A stretch of 63,166 nucleotides of DNA, filler included, from Octopus bimaculoides (Eukaryota): NCBI RefSeq assembly GCF_001194135.2. It is 4 parts of 3 records of this genome, joined end to end, with 100 filler letters (N's around TTAATTAATTAA, not from the genome) between each part and the next. Parts side by side here need not be neighbours in the genome. Positions count along the whole stretch, not along the records: positions 1 to 15,913 come from NC_068983.1; positions 16,014 to 37,127 come from NC_068984.1; 2 more parts are not named here. One strand, 5' to 3'. Each line of letters begins with the position of its first letter. Within the stretch, counting starts at the first letter, position 1. Positions 11,434 through 20,924 of this stretch are shown here, in pieces. Below the pieces are notes generated by a model, which worked only from the letters and a program-made list of their open reading frames with translations, was not told the origin of the DNA and did no database searches. The position numbers were made by a program, and so were the translations under genes.

Positions 11434-11503
11434 GCCATGATAAAACTCTCAGTTTCGGATGCTGGGGTGGGAACCCACGCCAACATCTCTTCAGTTATCC
11501 GGC
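11434..11503 (-). ncRNA. Minimal type I hammerhead ribozyme motif (Penelope/retrozyme-like)
   Basis: Minus strand: GCCGGAUAA-CUGAAGA-GAUGUUGG(cgugggUUcccacc)CCAGCAUC-CGAAA-CU gag AG-UU-UUAUCAUGGC. Core boxes are present, with stem I GAUAA/UUAUC, stem II GAUGUUGG/CCAGCAUC, a 3-bp stem III and a GUU cleavage triplet. Confidence 0.72.
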
Positions 11504-11530
11504 CATTGAAAATTCCTGTGAAAAATGGGT

Positions 11531-11654
11531 GATAACAAAGAAGGAGGAAGCAGAGATGAAGGAAGCATCTACGATCGTTTCAATTTACTGGTTTAAGTAA
11601 ATTGAAACGATCATAAATGCTACCTTCATCTCTGCTTCCTCTTTCTTAGTTATC
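11531..11654. repeat. Long inverted repeat (46-bp core arms, 3 mismatches, 6-nt loop; extends to about 59 bp)
   Basis: GAGGAAGCAGAGATGAAGGAAGCATCTACGATCGTTTCAATTTACT-GGTTTA-AGTAAATTGAAACGATCATAAATGCTACCTTCATCTCTGCTTCCTC. Confidence 0.9.
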
Positions 11655-11872
11655 TAATTAGATTAAAGGCATACCAGCAAAAGCCACGAGTTTCTCCTTG
11701 TTATTATATCCACTTTCTTCTCCTGTATAACCTAAACTACGGCTTACCAACCGAACCACCTGCTACTGAACAACCTTAAAAAAGACTGTACCTACCCAAG
11801 TAATAACCAGGAGCGACTTTGGATTTAATTATCCCTTAGAGGTATTAAACCCCTCTAACTGATTCCTACACA

Positions 11873-11909
<37 letters not shown>

Positions 11910-11925
11910 TGCATACATATAAATA

Positions 11926-12181
11926 TCATCCTCATCATCACCATTTAATGTCTGTTGTCCATGCTGACATGGGTTGAACGGTTTGACCAGGGCTAGCAAG
12001 CTGGAAGGCTGCACCAGCCCCCAGTCTGATTTGGCATGGTTTCTACAGTGGGTTGCCCTTCCTAACGCCCACCAGTCAAAGAGTGTAATGGGTACTTTCA
12101 TGCACCTCTGGCATGGGTGCTATTCGCCTGACACTACTATCTGCCACAATTACGATTTTACTTGGCTTGATGGGTCTTCTC
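11926..12181 (-). mobile_element. SINE (family M) with GGCGTTAGGAAGGGCA central motif and (GAT)n tail
   Basis: Reverse complement matches 14400-14578 (GGTTGGCGTTAGGAAGGGCATC...CAACCCATGCTAGCATGGA...TTAAA.GATGATGAT). Confidence 0.75.
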
Positions 12182-12192
12182 AATATATATTT

Positions 12193-12262
<70 letters not shown>

Positions 12263-12806
12263 CACACTTTTACACATTTCAGCCATGTGGCCATGGTTAT
12301 GCTGGAGTACCACCTTGGNNNNNNNNNNNNNNNNNNNNNNNNNNNNNNNNNNNNNNNNNNNNNNNNNNNNNNNNNNNNNNNNNNNNNNNNNNNNNNNNNN
12401 NNNNNNNNNNNNNNNNNNNNNNNNNNNNNNNNNNNNNNNNNNNNNNNNNNNNNNNNNNNNNNNNNNNNNNNNNNNNNNNNNNNNNNNNNNNNNNNNNNNN
12501 NNNNNNNNNNNNNNNNNNNNNNNNNNNNNNNNNNNNNNNNNNNNNNNNNNNNNNNNNNNNNNNNNNNNNNNNNNNNNNNNATAGCCAAATTTAAATCAAC
12601 ACTGCAACAGAACTTTTCCCACGGTGGAACAATAGTTTTTCTCTGACAGCAGTTTAATATTTTCCAGATGCCTTTAGCTAGGCCAAAACAATGTCTTCAC
12701 CACTTGACCCTTTCTAACCTCTTCTACATCACCAAAATCTAGAATAGAGATAACAAGACCACCAACTAAATCTATTGTTCTCAATAATATATCTATCCTT
12801 CTGGAT

Positions 12807-13239
12807 TGTTATAAAAGCAAGGAAACCCCAAGAAAAATTTAGTTTAGTCACCAGTCAGTGACAACTCAACTAGTTTAGTCACCAGTCGGTGACGACTCAA
12901 CCAGTCCTGTCACATGGTGACGACTCAGTGAGAACGAAGTCTGGCTGACCAGAGGGAGAAAGAAGGATACAACCAGCCAACTATGATATCTTTGTCTGTT
13001 TATTTACTACTACAAGATCGTGTACACACATATACAGACCGAAATTAACTTTCTTTACCTTGCATGCTTTACAAACTGTGTTATACTATTACACTAACCT
13101 ACCCGTCGTGGTACGGCATTTATTAAAGTAACGGTAAATAAATATTTCTTTACAACTTTGATCTCTATTCATCTTTCATCTTATAACCGTTACACTGGCA
13201 ACCCACATCGCTACACTTCACAACAACCTTACCGTTACA
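12807..13239 (+). mobile_element. Putative solo-LTR-like element
   Basis: TG...CA ends (terminates ACCGTTACA), an internal 31-bp tandem duplication and AATAAA near the 3' end. Shares the terminus and GTAACGGT(A/T)AATAAA with 31420-31830. No TSD seen. Confidence 0.4.
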
Positions 13240-13270
13240 TATATATATATATCTATATATATATATATTG

Positions 13271-14350
13271 GACTGGCTCATGTGCGGGCGACACATGAAA
13301 TGTTTCGAGCGGGATCGTTGCTAGTGCCCCTGGACTGGCTCATGTGCGGGCGACACATGATATCTTTCGTGCGAGATCGTTGCCAGTGCCCCTGGACTGG
13401 CTCTTGTGCGGGTGACACATGAAATGTTTCGAGCGGGATCGTTTGCCAGTGCCTCCGGACTNNNNNNNNNNNNNNNNNNNNNNNNNNNNNNNNNNNNNNN
13501 NNNNNNNNNNNNNNNNNNNNNNNNNNNNNNNNNNNNNNNNNNNNNNNNNNNNNNNNNNNNNNNNNNNNNNNNNNNNNNNNNNNNNNNNNNNNNNNNNNNN
13601 NNNNNNNNNNNNNNNNNNNNNNNNNNNNNNNNNNNNNNNNNNNNNNNNNNNNNNNNNNNNNNNNNNNNNNNNNNNNNNNNNNNNNNNNNNNNNNNNNNNN
13701 NNNNNNNNNNNNNNNNNNNNNNNNNNNNNNNNNNNNNNNNNNNNNNNNNNNNNNNNNNNNNNNNNNNNNNNNNNNNNNNNNNNNNNNNNNNNNNNNNNNN
13801 NNNNNNNNNNNNNNNNNNNNNNNNNNNNNNNNNNNNNNNNNNNNNNNNNNNNNNNNNNNNNNNNNNNNNNNNNNNNNNNNNNNNNNNNNNNNNNNNNNNN
13901 NNNNNNNNNNNNNNNNNNNNNNNNNNNNNNNNNNNNNNNNNNNNNNNNNNNNNNNNNNNNNNNNNNNNNNNNNNNNNNNNNNNNNNNNNNNNNNNNNNNN
14001 NNNNNNNNNNNNNNNNNNNNNNNNNNNNNNNNNNNNNNNNNNNNNNNNNNNNNNNNNNNNNNNNNNNNNNNNNNNNNNNNNNNNNNNNNNNNNNNNNNNN
14101 NNNNNNNNNNNNNNNNNNNNNNNNNNNNNNNNNNNNNNNNNNNNNNNNNNNNNNNNNNNNNNNNNNNNNNNNNNNNNNNNNNNNNNNNNNNNNNNNNNNN
14201 NNNNNNNNNNNNNNNNNNNNNNNNNNNNNNNNNNNNNNNNNNNNNNNNNNNNNNNNNNNNNNNNNNTGGACTGGCTCATGTGCGGGCGACACATGATATC
14301 TTTCGTGCGAGATCGTTGCCAGTGCCCCTGGACTGGCTCTTGTGTGGGTG
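13271..14350 (+). repeat. 62-bp GC-rich tandem repeat (A/B alternating units), largely collapsed into an N gap
   Basis: Units start at 13271, 13333, 13395 and 13458 and resume after the gap at about 14269. Unit: GACTGGCTCWTGTGCGGGYGACACATGA(AATGTTTCGAGCGG|TATCTTTCGTGCGA)GATCGTTGCYAGTGCCCCTG. Confidence 0.9.
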
Positions 14351-14578
14351 GCACATAAAAGACACCATTTCGAGCGTGGCCGTTTTCGTGCGGGTGACAT
14401 GTAAAAGCACCCACTACACTCTCTGAGTGGTTGGCGTTAGGAAGGGCATCAAGCTGTAGAAACTCTGCCAAATTAGATTGGAGCCTGGTGTTGCCATCCG
14501 GTTTCACCATCCTCAGTCAAATCGTCCAACCCATGCTAGCATGGAAGGCGGACGTTAAACGATGATGATGATGATGAT
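14350..14578 (+). mobile_element. SINE family M 3' part, continuous with the 62-bp array
   Basis: GCGGGTGACATGTAAAAGCACCCACTACACTCTCTGAGTGGTTGGCGTTAGGAAGGGCATC...GGACGTTAAACGATGATGATG. Confidence 0.8.
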
Positions 14579-14619
14579 ATACATAGGTTAGTTGAGTTAG
14601 AGGTTAAAATAACCATCTA

Positions 14620-15835
14620 AGGGACAGAAGTATCCTTACACTGACGACTGTGATCTAGTCAGTCATTCTGAAACAGGTCTGCAATCTCTTGTATCTGCAT
14701 TTAACTCAGCTTGTGATGATTTTGGCTTAACCATCAACTTGAAAAAAAAAACAGTGGTAATGTATCAATCTACATGTGGTGCTGTTTGCAACCTACCTAA
14801 AATTTTTGTTAAGGGTAAGTTACTTGAGGTTGTTGATTTTTTCATCTACCTTGAAAGCTCTATACAAACTGATGGAAATCTGGACACAGAAATACATCTG
14901 TGAATTCAAAGGGCAGCACAAGCATTTAGTGGTTTGAAGTCATGCATCTGGCACCAATGACATATAAATAATAACACCAAATTGGTTCTTTACAAATCGT
15001 CTGTGCTACCATCCCTGTTGTATTCTTTTGAGACATGAACATGCTATGAAAGGTATTTCAAATTGTTAGAATAATTCCAACAAAATGCCTCCATTGCATT
15101 TTAACACCAAATGGAGTTCTTTTACTCCAAACACAGATATCCTTGTGTCTGCAGGCATCACTTCAATTAAAGCAATGATTCTGTAAAACCAAATGAGATG
15201 ATCTGGCCATATTGTTCAAATGGCAGATGAATGCACACACAAAAAGCTGTCTTATGGTGAGCTTGCAGAAGGGAAATGCTATCAGTATAAACCTAAAAAG
15301 ATGTTTAAGGACGGCATAAGGACTACCATGAAGTCACTTGGAATGGATCCAGAGGACATAGAAACCCTTGCTTCAGATCAAGCTGGATGGCAACCATAAA
15401 TGTGGAGTGGAGTGAAAGCATTTGAAGACTTGCATGCAAGACTTAAAGAGATTTAAAGAAGAATGTTACGATCAAGAAGGTGAATCACAAGACCTTTTGT
15501 GTGCAGTTTGTGACAGATCATATCTTTCTTTGGAGGGCTCAAATTTCATTTGCCGACCCATGAAACACGAACCTCCACAACTATTCTGCCTATATGTCTG
15601 TGCCCACCTTTCAATGCCATGTATACCATAAAGTCTGCAAATCTAACTGAGGCCTCAAAAGACATTCTAAGATCCACAAAAATCAGAACTTAACTGCAGC
15701 TCTTAGTAGTCCAAATCGGATATGCAATCTATGTGGGTATCTTTTCAATATGTTGTCTAGTTTAAAAATATACATCAGACACTATGATGGATCTAAGGTG
15801 TAGATACAGGATGTGATCAGATTCTGCATAAGGAG
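14620..15835 (+). mobile_element. RTE-clade LINE, 5'-truncated and decayed, with three C-terminal C2H2-type fingers
   Basis: LYTDDCDLVSHSETGLQSLVSAFNSACDDFGLTINLKK (RT catalytic YxDD), FIYLESSI, TKLVLYKSSVLPSLLYSFET and KKLSYGEL, followed by three C-x2-C-x12-H-x3-H-like motifs. Confidence 0.88.
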
Positions 15836-15862
15836 CAGACAACCACCAGATATAGATATATA

Positions 15863-15913
<51 letters not shown>

Positions 15914-16013
15914 NNNNNNNNNNNNNNNNNNNNNNNNNNNNNNNNNNNNNNNNNNNNTTAATTAATTAANNNNNNNNNNNNNNNNNNNNNNNNNNNNNNN
16001 NNNNNNNNNNNNN
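15914..16013. other. Artificial scaffolding linker (44 N + TTAATTAATTAA + 44 N)
   Basis: Exactly 100 bp; identical structure at 37128-37227 and 46575-46674. Confidence 0.92.
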
Positions 16014-16019
16014 TATATA

Positions 16020-16175
16020 CGACCGGCTTCTTTCGGTTTCCGTCTACCAAATCCACTCACAAGGTTTTGGTGGGCCCAAGGCTATAGTAGAAAACACTTG
16101 CCCGAAGTGCCACGCGGTGAGACTGAACCCGGAACTATGTGGTTGGGAAGCAAGCTTCTTACCACACAGCCAAGT
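16020..16175 (-). mobile_element. SINE family B
   Basis: CGGCTTCTTTCGGTTTCCGTCTACCAAATCCACTCACAAGG...AAGCTTCTTACCACACAGCC. Confidence 0.85.
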
Positions 16176-16429
16176 TCACTTCGCGACCATGGCTTCCTGG
16201 ATTCCATCCATCCATCCTAGTGGCATCTTAGCACTCAATTCCGCTCGGAGTTTTGTGTGTAAATTTGATTGTTGAAATCTTTGTGCCAAAATATTGCGTG
16301 TGTGTTCGTGCGTGCGCGCGTGTTAATAAACCATGTTGGCACTCGTTCCTATATACTTTGGGTTCTTTATACAGACCAAATTCCTTTGGACAGGTAGCCT
16401 TATACATATGCGTGTGTGTGTATATGTAC

Positions 16430-16570
16430 GTTTACGTATGTATGTATGTATGTATGTATGTATGTATGCATGTTTATCTATGTATGCATGTTTATGTATG
16501 TATGTATTATGTATGTATGCATCTATGTATGTATGTATGTATGTATGTATGTATGTATGTATGTATGCCC
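16430..16570. repeat. (TATG)n microsatellite
   Basis: Direct reading. Confidence 0.92.
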
Positions 16571-16589
16571 GTATGTACGTGTGTACAGC

Positions 16590-17000
16590 TACAGGCGTAG
16601 CTGTGTGGTTAAAGTTCTCGCTTTGCAACCACATGGCTTCGGGTTCGGACCCTCACGGCTCCTTGGACAAGTGTCTTCTACTATAGCCCCGGGTCGACTA
16701 AAGTTTTGTGAGTGGATTTGATACACGGAAAGTAAATGAAGTCCATCGTATATTATGTAAGTGTGTTTGTGTGCGCGCGCGTGACTTCGTGTTTCTGTTG
16801 TGTTTATCCCCCCACTCTCACCCCACTGCTTAACAGCCGGTATTGGTTTGTTTACATCGTTGTAACTTAGCTGTTCGATAAAAAAAAAACACTACATAAT
16901 AAGTACCAGACTTCAAAAATATGTACTGGGATTTAATCGGCTAAACCCTTCAAAGAGGTGGCCATACATGGCTGCAGTCCAATGAGTAAAACAAGTAAAA
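16590..17000 (+). mobile_element. Near full-length SINE family B
   Basis: Head AGGCGTAGCTGTGTGGTTAAAG...GGGTTCGGACCC (A/B-box-like), CORE-like TTGGACAAGTGTCTTCTACTATAGCCCCGGG, and 3' CATGGCTGCAGTCCAATGAGTAAAACAAGTAAAAGA. Confidence 0.82.
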
Positions 17001-17236
17001 GATGTATATGTGTGTGTGTGTTTGTTTGTGCGTGTGCGTGTGCGTGTGCGTGTGCGTGTGGCGTGTGTGTGTATGTACGTGTGTGTATGTATGTGTATTG
17101 TGTGTGTCTATGTGTATGTGTGTGCGTGTGTGCGTGTATATGCGTGTGTGCGTGTATATGTGTGCGAGGGTATGTGTGTGCGTGTATGTGTGTGTGTGTT
17201 TGTGTGTGTGTATGTGTGTGTGTGTATGTGTGTGTT

Positions 17237-17269
<33 letters not shown>

Positions 17270-17275
17270 GTGTAT
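17000..17275. repeat. Degenerate (TG)n array
   Basis: Direct reading. Confidence 0.9.
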
Positions 17276-17889
17276 TTCGTATTTCTTGTCTTCGATATAG
17301 ACTTTTTACTTCCTTGTAGATTCCTACCCGTCACTCTGTCTGTCTCTCTCACTCTCTCTCTCTCTCTGTCTATCTATCGATCTATCTATCTCTTTCTCTC
17401 CTTGTTTGTTTACATCCTTTCACCTGACTGGCCATTAAACGCTATTAGAAACGATTTTAAACACCGGGATGTTTACCGAGATATCTAAGCTAGTTGAAAT
17501 AGTATTATTTAGCTATATATAATTAATGTATACAAACGTACATATATATATATTTACTGTGGCACTGAAATTAGTCTTTACTTCGACAGAGAATTTCGAA
17601 TCTCTGCGAAGAGTTTCGCTGTTCACGAAACTCTGTGGAATAATAAAATAATCTCGCTTTTACAATAAATATTTGAAGTCTCTTGGGTAATTTTTGCTCT
17701 TGCTTGTAAAATCAGATGTGTTGCGTGTATACACGCGCACGCGTGTTTATGTGTGTATGTGTGTGTGTGCGCGCGTGAAAACAAACCAGGAGCTAGATAA
17801 GTAGACAGAAAGACTCAAATACAGATAGACAGACATATAGACAGGAAGACAGGCAGACAGAGAGATAGGTTAGTAGATAGGAAAACACA

Positions 17890-17902
17890 GAGATAGCCAG
17901 AC

Positions 17903-17959
<57 letters not shown>

Positions 17960-18098
17960 CATACATACATACATACATACATACATACATACGTACGTAC
18001 ATACATACATACATACATACATACATACATACATACATACATACATAGACATGCTGGTTAGTGCGTAGGTAAGTAGATAACCTGATAGTGAAACTGAC

Positions 18099-18138
<40 letters not shown>

Positions 18139-18152
18139 CGATTGATTGATTC

Positions 18153-18190
<38 letters not shown>
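17890..18190. repeat. Compound microsatellite (GATA)n-(CATA)n-(GATT)n
   Basis: Direct reading. Confidence 0.95.
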
Positions 18191-18191
<1 letters not shown>

Positions 18192-18836
18192 AGAGAGTAC
18201 TAGGAGTACAAGGCAGATGACCTGAAAAGATGGACAGAATCGACAGTATATGACAATATCGAGCTATCGCTACATATAATTTAGTTTAAGATACAAACAT
18301 CAAAGAAAACTCCGAACTCCATATTATTCATTTCCAAGTTTTGAACAAGGCCAGAAATTTGGGGAAAATGCGTAAGTCATTTACATCAATCCCCAGTACT
18401 TAACTGGTATTTATGTTACTGACCCCGACAGGACGAAGGACAGAAACTGATCCCGAATCAGACACGGAGCCTCTACATGGAGCTCCACCAGCTAGGAATA
18501 GTAGTAACTTCTTCCTCAAATGATACAAACTGTCTTTAAATAAGAAAAACATATTAGAAGATAATGTGATCATGAATAATCAACCAAAACGCTTCTGAGT
18601 CGTATTGGCCAAGACGTAAACAACAGCAACAAAACTGATCCAGTATTCTTGGGTACAAATTCCGCACAAATCTCTCTCGATCGCCTTAAGATTAGGCAGT
18701 GTACATTCAATAATATTGTGTCGGAATACAAGATGTGATGGTTACAGTCGGGTCGCTATAAATTGTAGATAGTTATGCTTGATATGTGCTCACGAGGATC
18801 TGAACCAGGACAGCAATAGCGACAACTTGATCATAC

Positions 18837-18996
18837 CTTCTCGGGCATATCTATACATTGATTATTATACCCAAATTATTTATGTAATAAGTTGAAAAAA
18901 CATATACGATATATAAGCATAAACAAACAGGAAACGGATACAGAAGGTCGCCAAATCCTCATCAGTTATTGGCCAAAGGATCTCCGCAATTTCGCG

Positions 18997-18997
<1 letters not shown>
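18837..18997 (-). promoter_or_regulatory. Possible promoter/first exon (E2F-like and CCAAT motifs; ATG CCC GAG AAG|GTATGA)
   Basis: TTTCGCGC at 18990-18997, CCAAT (minus strand) at 18968-18972, and ATG at 18848 followed by a donor. Short motifs that may be repeat-derived. Confidence 0.2.
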
Positions 18998-19028
<31 letters not shown>

Positions 19029-19103
19029 CGAAAAAATCACTATTGTTGCAATTAGTCGGTTGGCTGAATAAGACAAAACAGACAAATCTGCACGTATACA
19101 TGC

Positions 19104-20216
19104 TTGGGTTATCCCATAAATAATGCGGTTTTTTCAATTGCATCAACTAAAAGTCGGAGGGGGACGGGATAAACTACCTGCATCAACTTGCTATAAAAGT
19201 AGATAGTAATTTTACCTTATTCTTAGTGCATGGGGATTGGACAGTAAGCGAAAGCCAGTGTGAATGGTGGTTCCAGAAATTTCAAGCCGGAAACTACAGC
19301 CTAGAACTCGAGCTTCGTCCTGGAAGATTTGTAGAGCTCGACGAGGATGTCCTGCAAACCCTAGTGGAACAAAACCCTATCGTAACTGTTGAGGAACAAG
19401 CAGAGAAGCTTGGATTTGGTCGTTCAACTATTCATCGATACCTGCGTGACATCGGAAAAGTCAGCAAATTGGGTCAATGGGTTCCTCACAAACTTTCCGA
19501 GTCTGATCGCAAGCAGAGAGTGAATGTGCGCTCTTCTTTACTGTCACGTCTCACGAATAAACCTTTTTTGGAGAAACGGGTCCTCTATAAAAATGTCAAG
19601 TGCCGAAGACAGTGGGTAGGGAAAGTAGAAACACCGGCACCCCAGGCTAAAGAAGGTCTTTACTCACGTAAGGTGTCGTAATCTGTTTGGTGGGATATGA
19701 AAGGTTCAGTTAAATTTGAACTTTTAAACCCAAACCAAACGATAACAAAGGAGATCTACTGCGAGCAGCTTGAGCGGATTAAGTCAGCGCAAGAATAAAA
19801 ACGACTATCTTTGGTTTCAAGACAAAAGGTGTTCCTCCATCAAGATAATGCTCGGCCACATACAGTGAGGATGACATTTCGAAAGCTGGAACAGTTTGAA
19901 TGGGAAGCGATGCCCCACCCACCATATTCACCGGACATTGTCCCATCTGATTATCATTTATTCTGCAGTCTTCAAAATCATTTGGATGGAAAAAATATGA
20001 ACTCTGTAGACGGGGTCAGAACAGTACTGGAGGAGTATTTTTAATCACGGACAAATGAATTTTGGAAGAGGAGCCTTGCATGTCTACCAGATAGACAGAT
20101 AGACAGAAGAGCATTGTAGAAAATGAAGGAGAGTATATTTTAGATTAAAAAAGAATTTTATTTTAATTTTGAAAAATAAATGTATAAAAAAACGTATTAG
20201 TTATGAGATGACCCAA
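19104..20216 (+). mobile_element. Mariner (DD34D) element with both TIRs; transposase pseudogene
   Basis: TIRs TTGGGTTATCCCATAAATAATGCGGTTTTTT / AAAAAAACGTATTAGTTATGAGATGACCCAA(TA). Motifs WVPHKL, HQDNARPH and YSPDIVPSDY. N-terminal deletion, loss of the first catalytic D and internal stops. Confidence 0.92.
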
Positions 20217-20520
20217 TACATACATACAAAAATATCCTGTTGACGTTGTTGAAATTCCAATGAAGAAGCCGTGGATCTAGGTTAGAAACCAGCTCTTTCT
20301 CTATTGGCAAGAAATCTTGAAATAAAAATGAATAATGGCATACATACATACATACATACATACATACAAGCGTCTTTATATTAAAGATTCTTTCTGTCCG
20401 AGCGTAAGCCGAGTTATAATAAAGAACTGTTGTCTCTACATAGCACATATATACATATGCATGCGTTATGTGGAGACATACGTACATATGTCTATACATA
20501 CACACATCCACATACATACA

Positions 20521-20556
<36 letters not shown>

Positions 20557-20850
20557 TACATACATACATACATACATACAAGCATACATATCTTTGAATA
20601 ACACATATGCACACAAAATATTTGTATACTAAAAAAATGTAGTTACATTTAAATTGACAGCATAGACTGTTATCTATCTCTGTTTTTAATCTAAATACGT
20701 ACACACACATGCACATGCACACACACACTCATACGAAATGAAAGTTAGAACAAGTATAAAATAAATACTGGGTTCATGTGATCAACTAAATCCTTCAAGG
20801 CGGTGCCCCAGCATTGCCGCATTCCAATGTCTAAAATGAATAAAATAAAA

Positions 20851-20918
<68 letters not shown>

Positions 20919-20924
<6 letters not shown>

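Noticed and set aside
13271-14350. CRISPR-like look of the 62-bp array (hairpin repeat plus variable segment)
   Set aside because: The variable parts are only two alternating, related variants rather than unique spacers. The context is eukaryotic, there are no cas genes, and the array is continuous with a SINE.
15958-15969. TTAATTAATTAA palindrome recurring at 15958, 37172 and 46619
   Set aside because: Each is centred in exactly 44+44 N and has stops in all six frames, so it is an assembly linker, not biology. Adjacency across these points is unproven.
16253-18154. ORFs of CV/YV/HT/IYLS repeats (also 20197-20728, 21896-22195, 37172-37573, 50407-50724, 61434-62275)
   Set aside because: Translations of di-, tri- and tetranucleotide microsatellites.
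18931-18965. CTGATGA-GGAT...ATCC on the minus strand resembling a hammerhead
   Set aside because: Followed by GTTTC instead of GAAA (the GAAAC is on the opposite strand), so the catalytic core cannot form.
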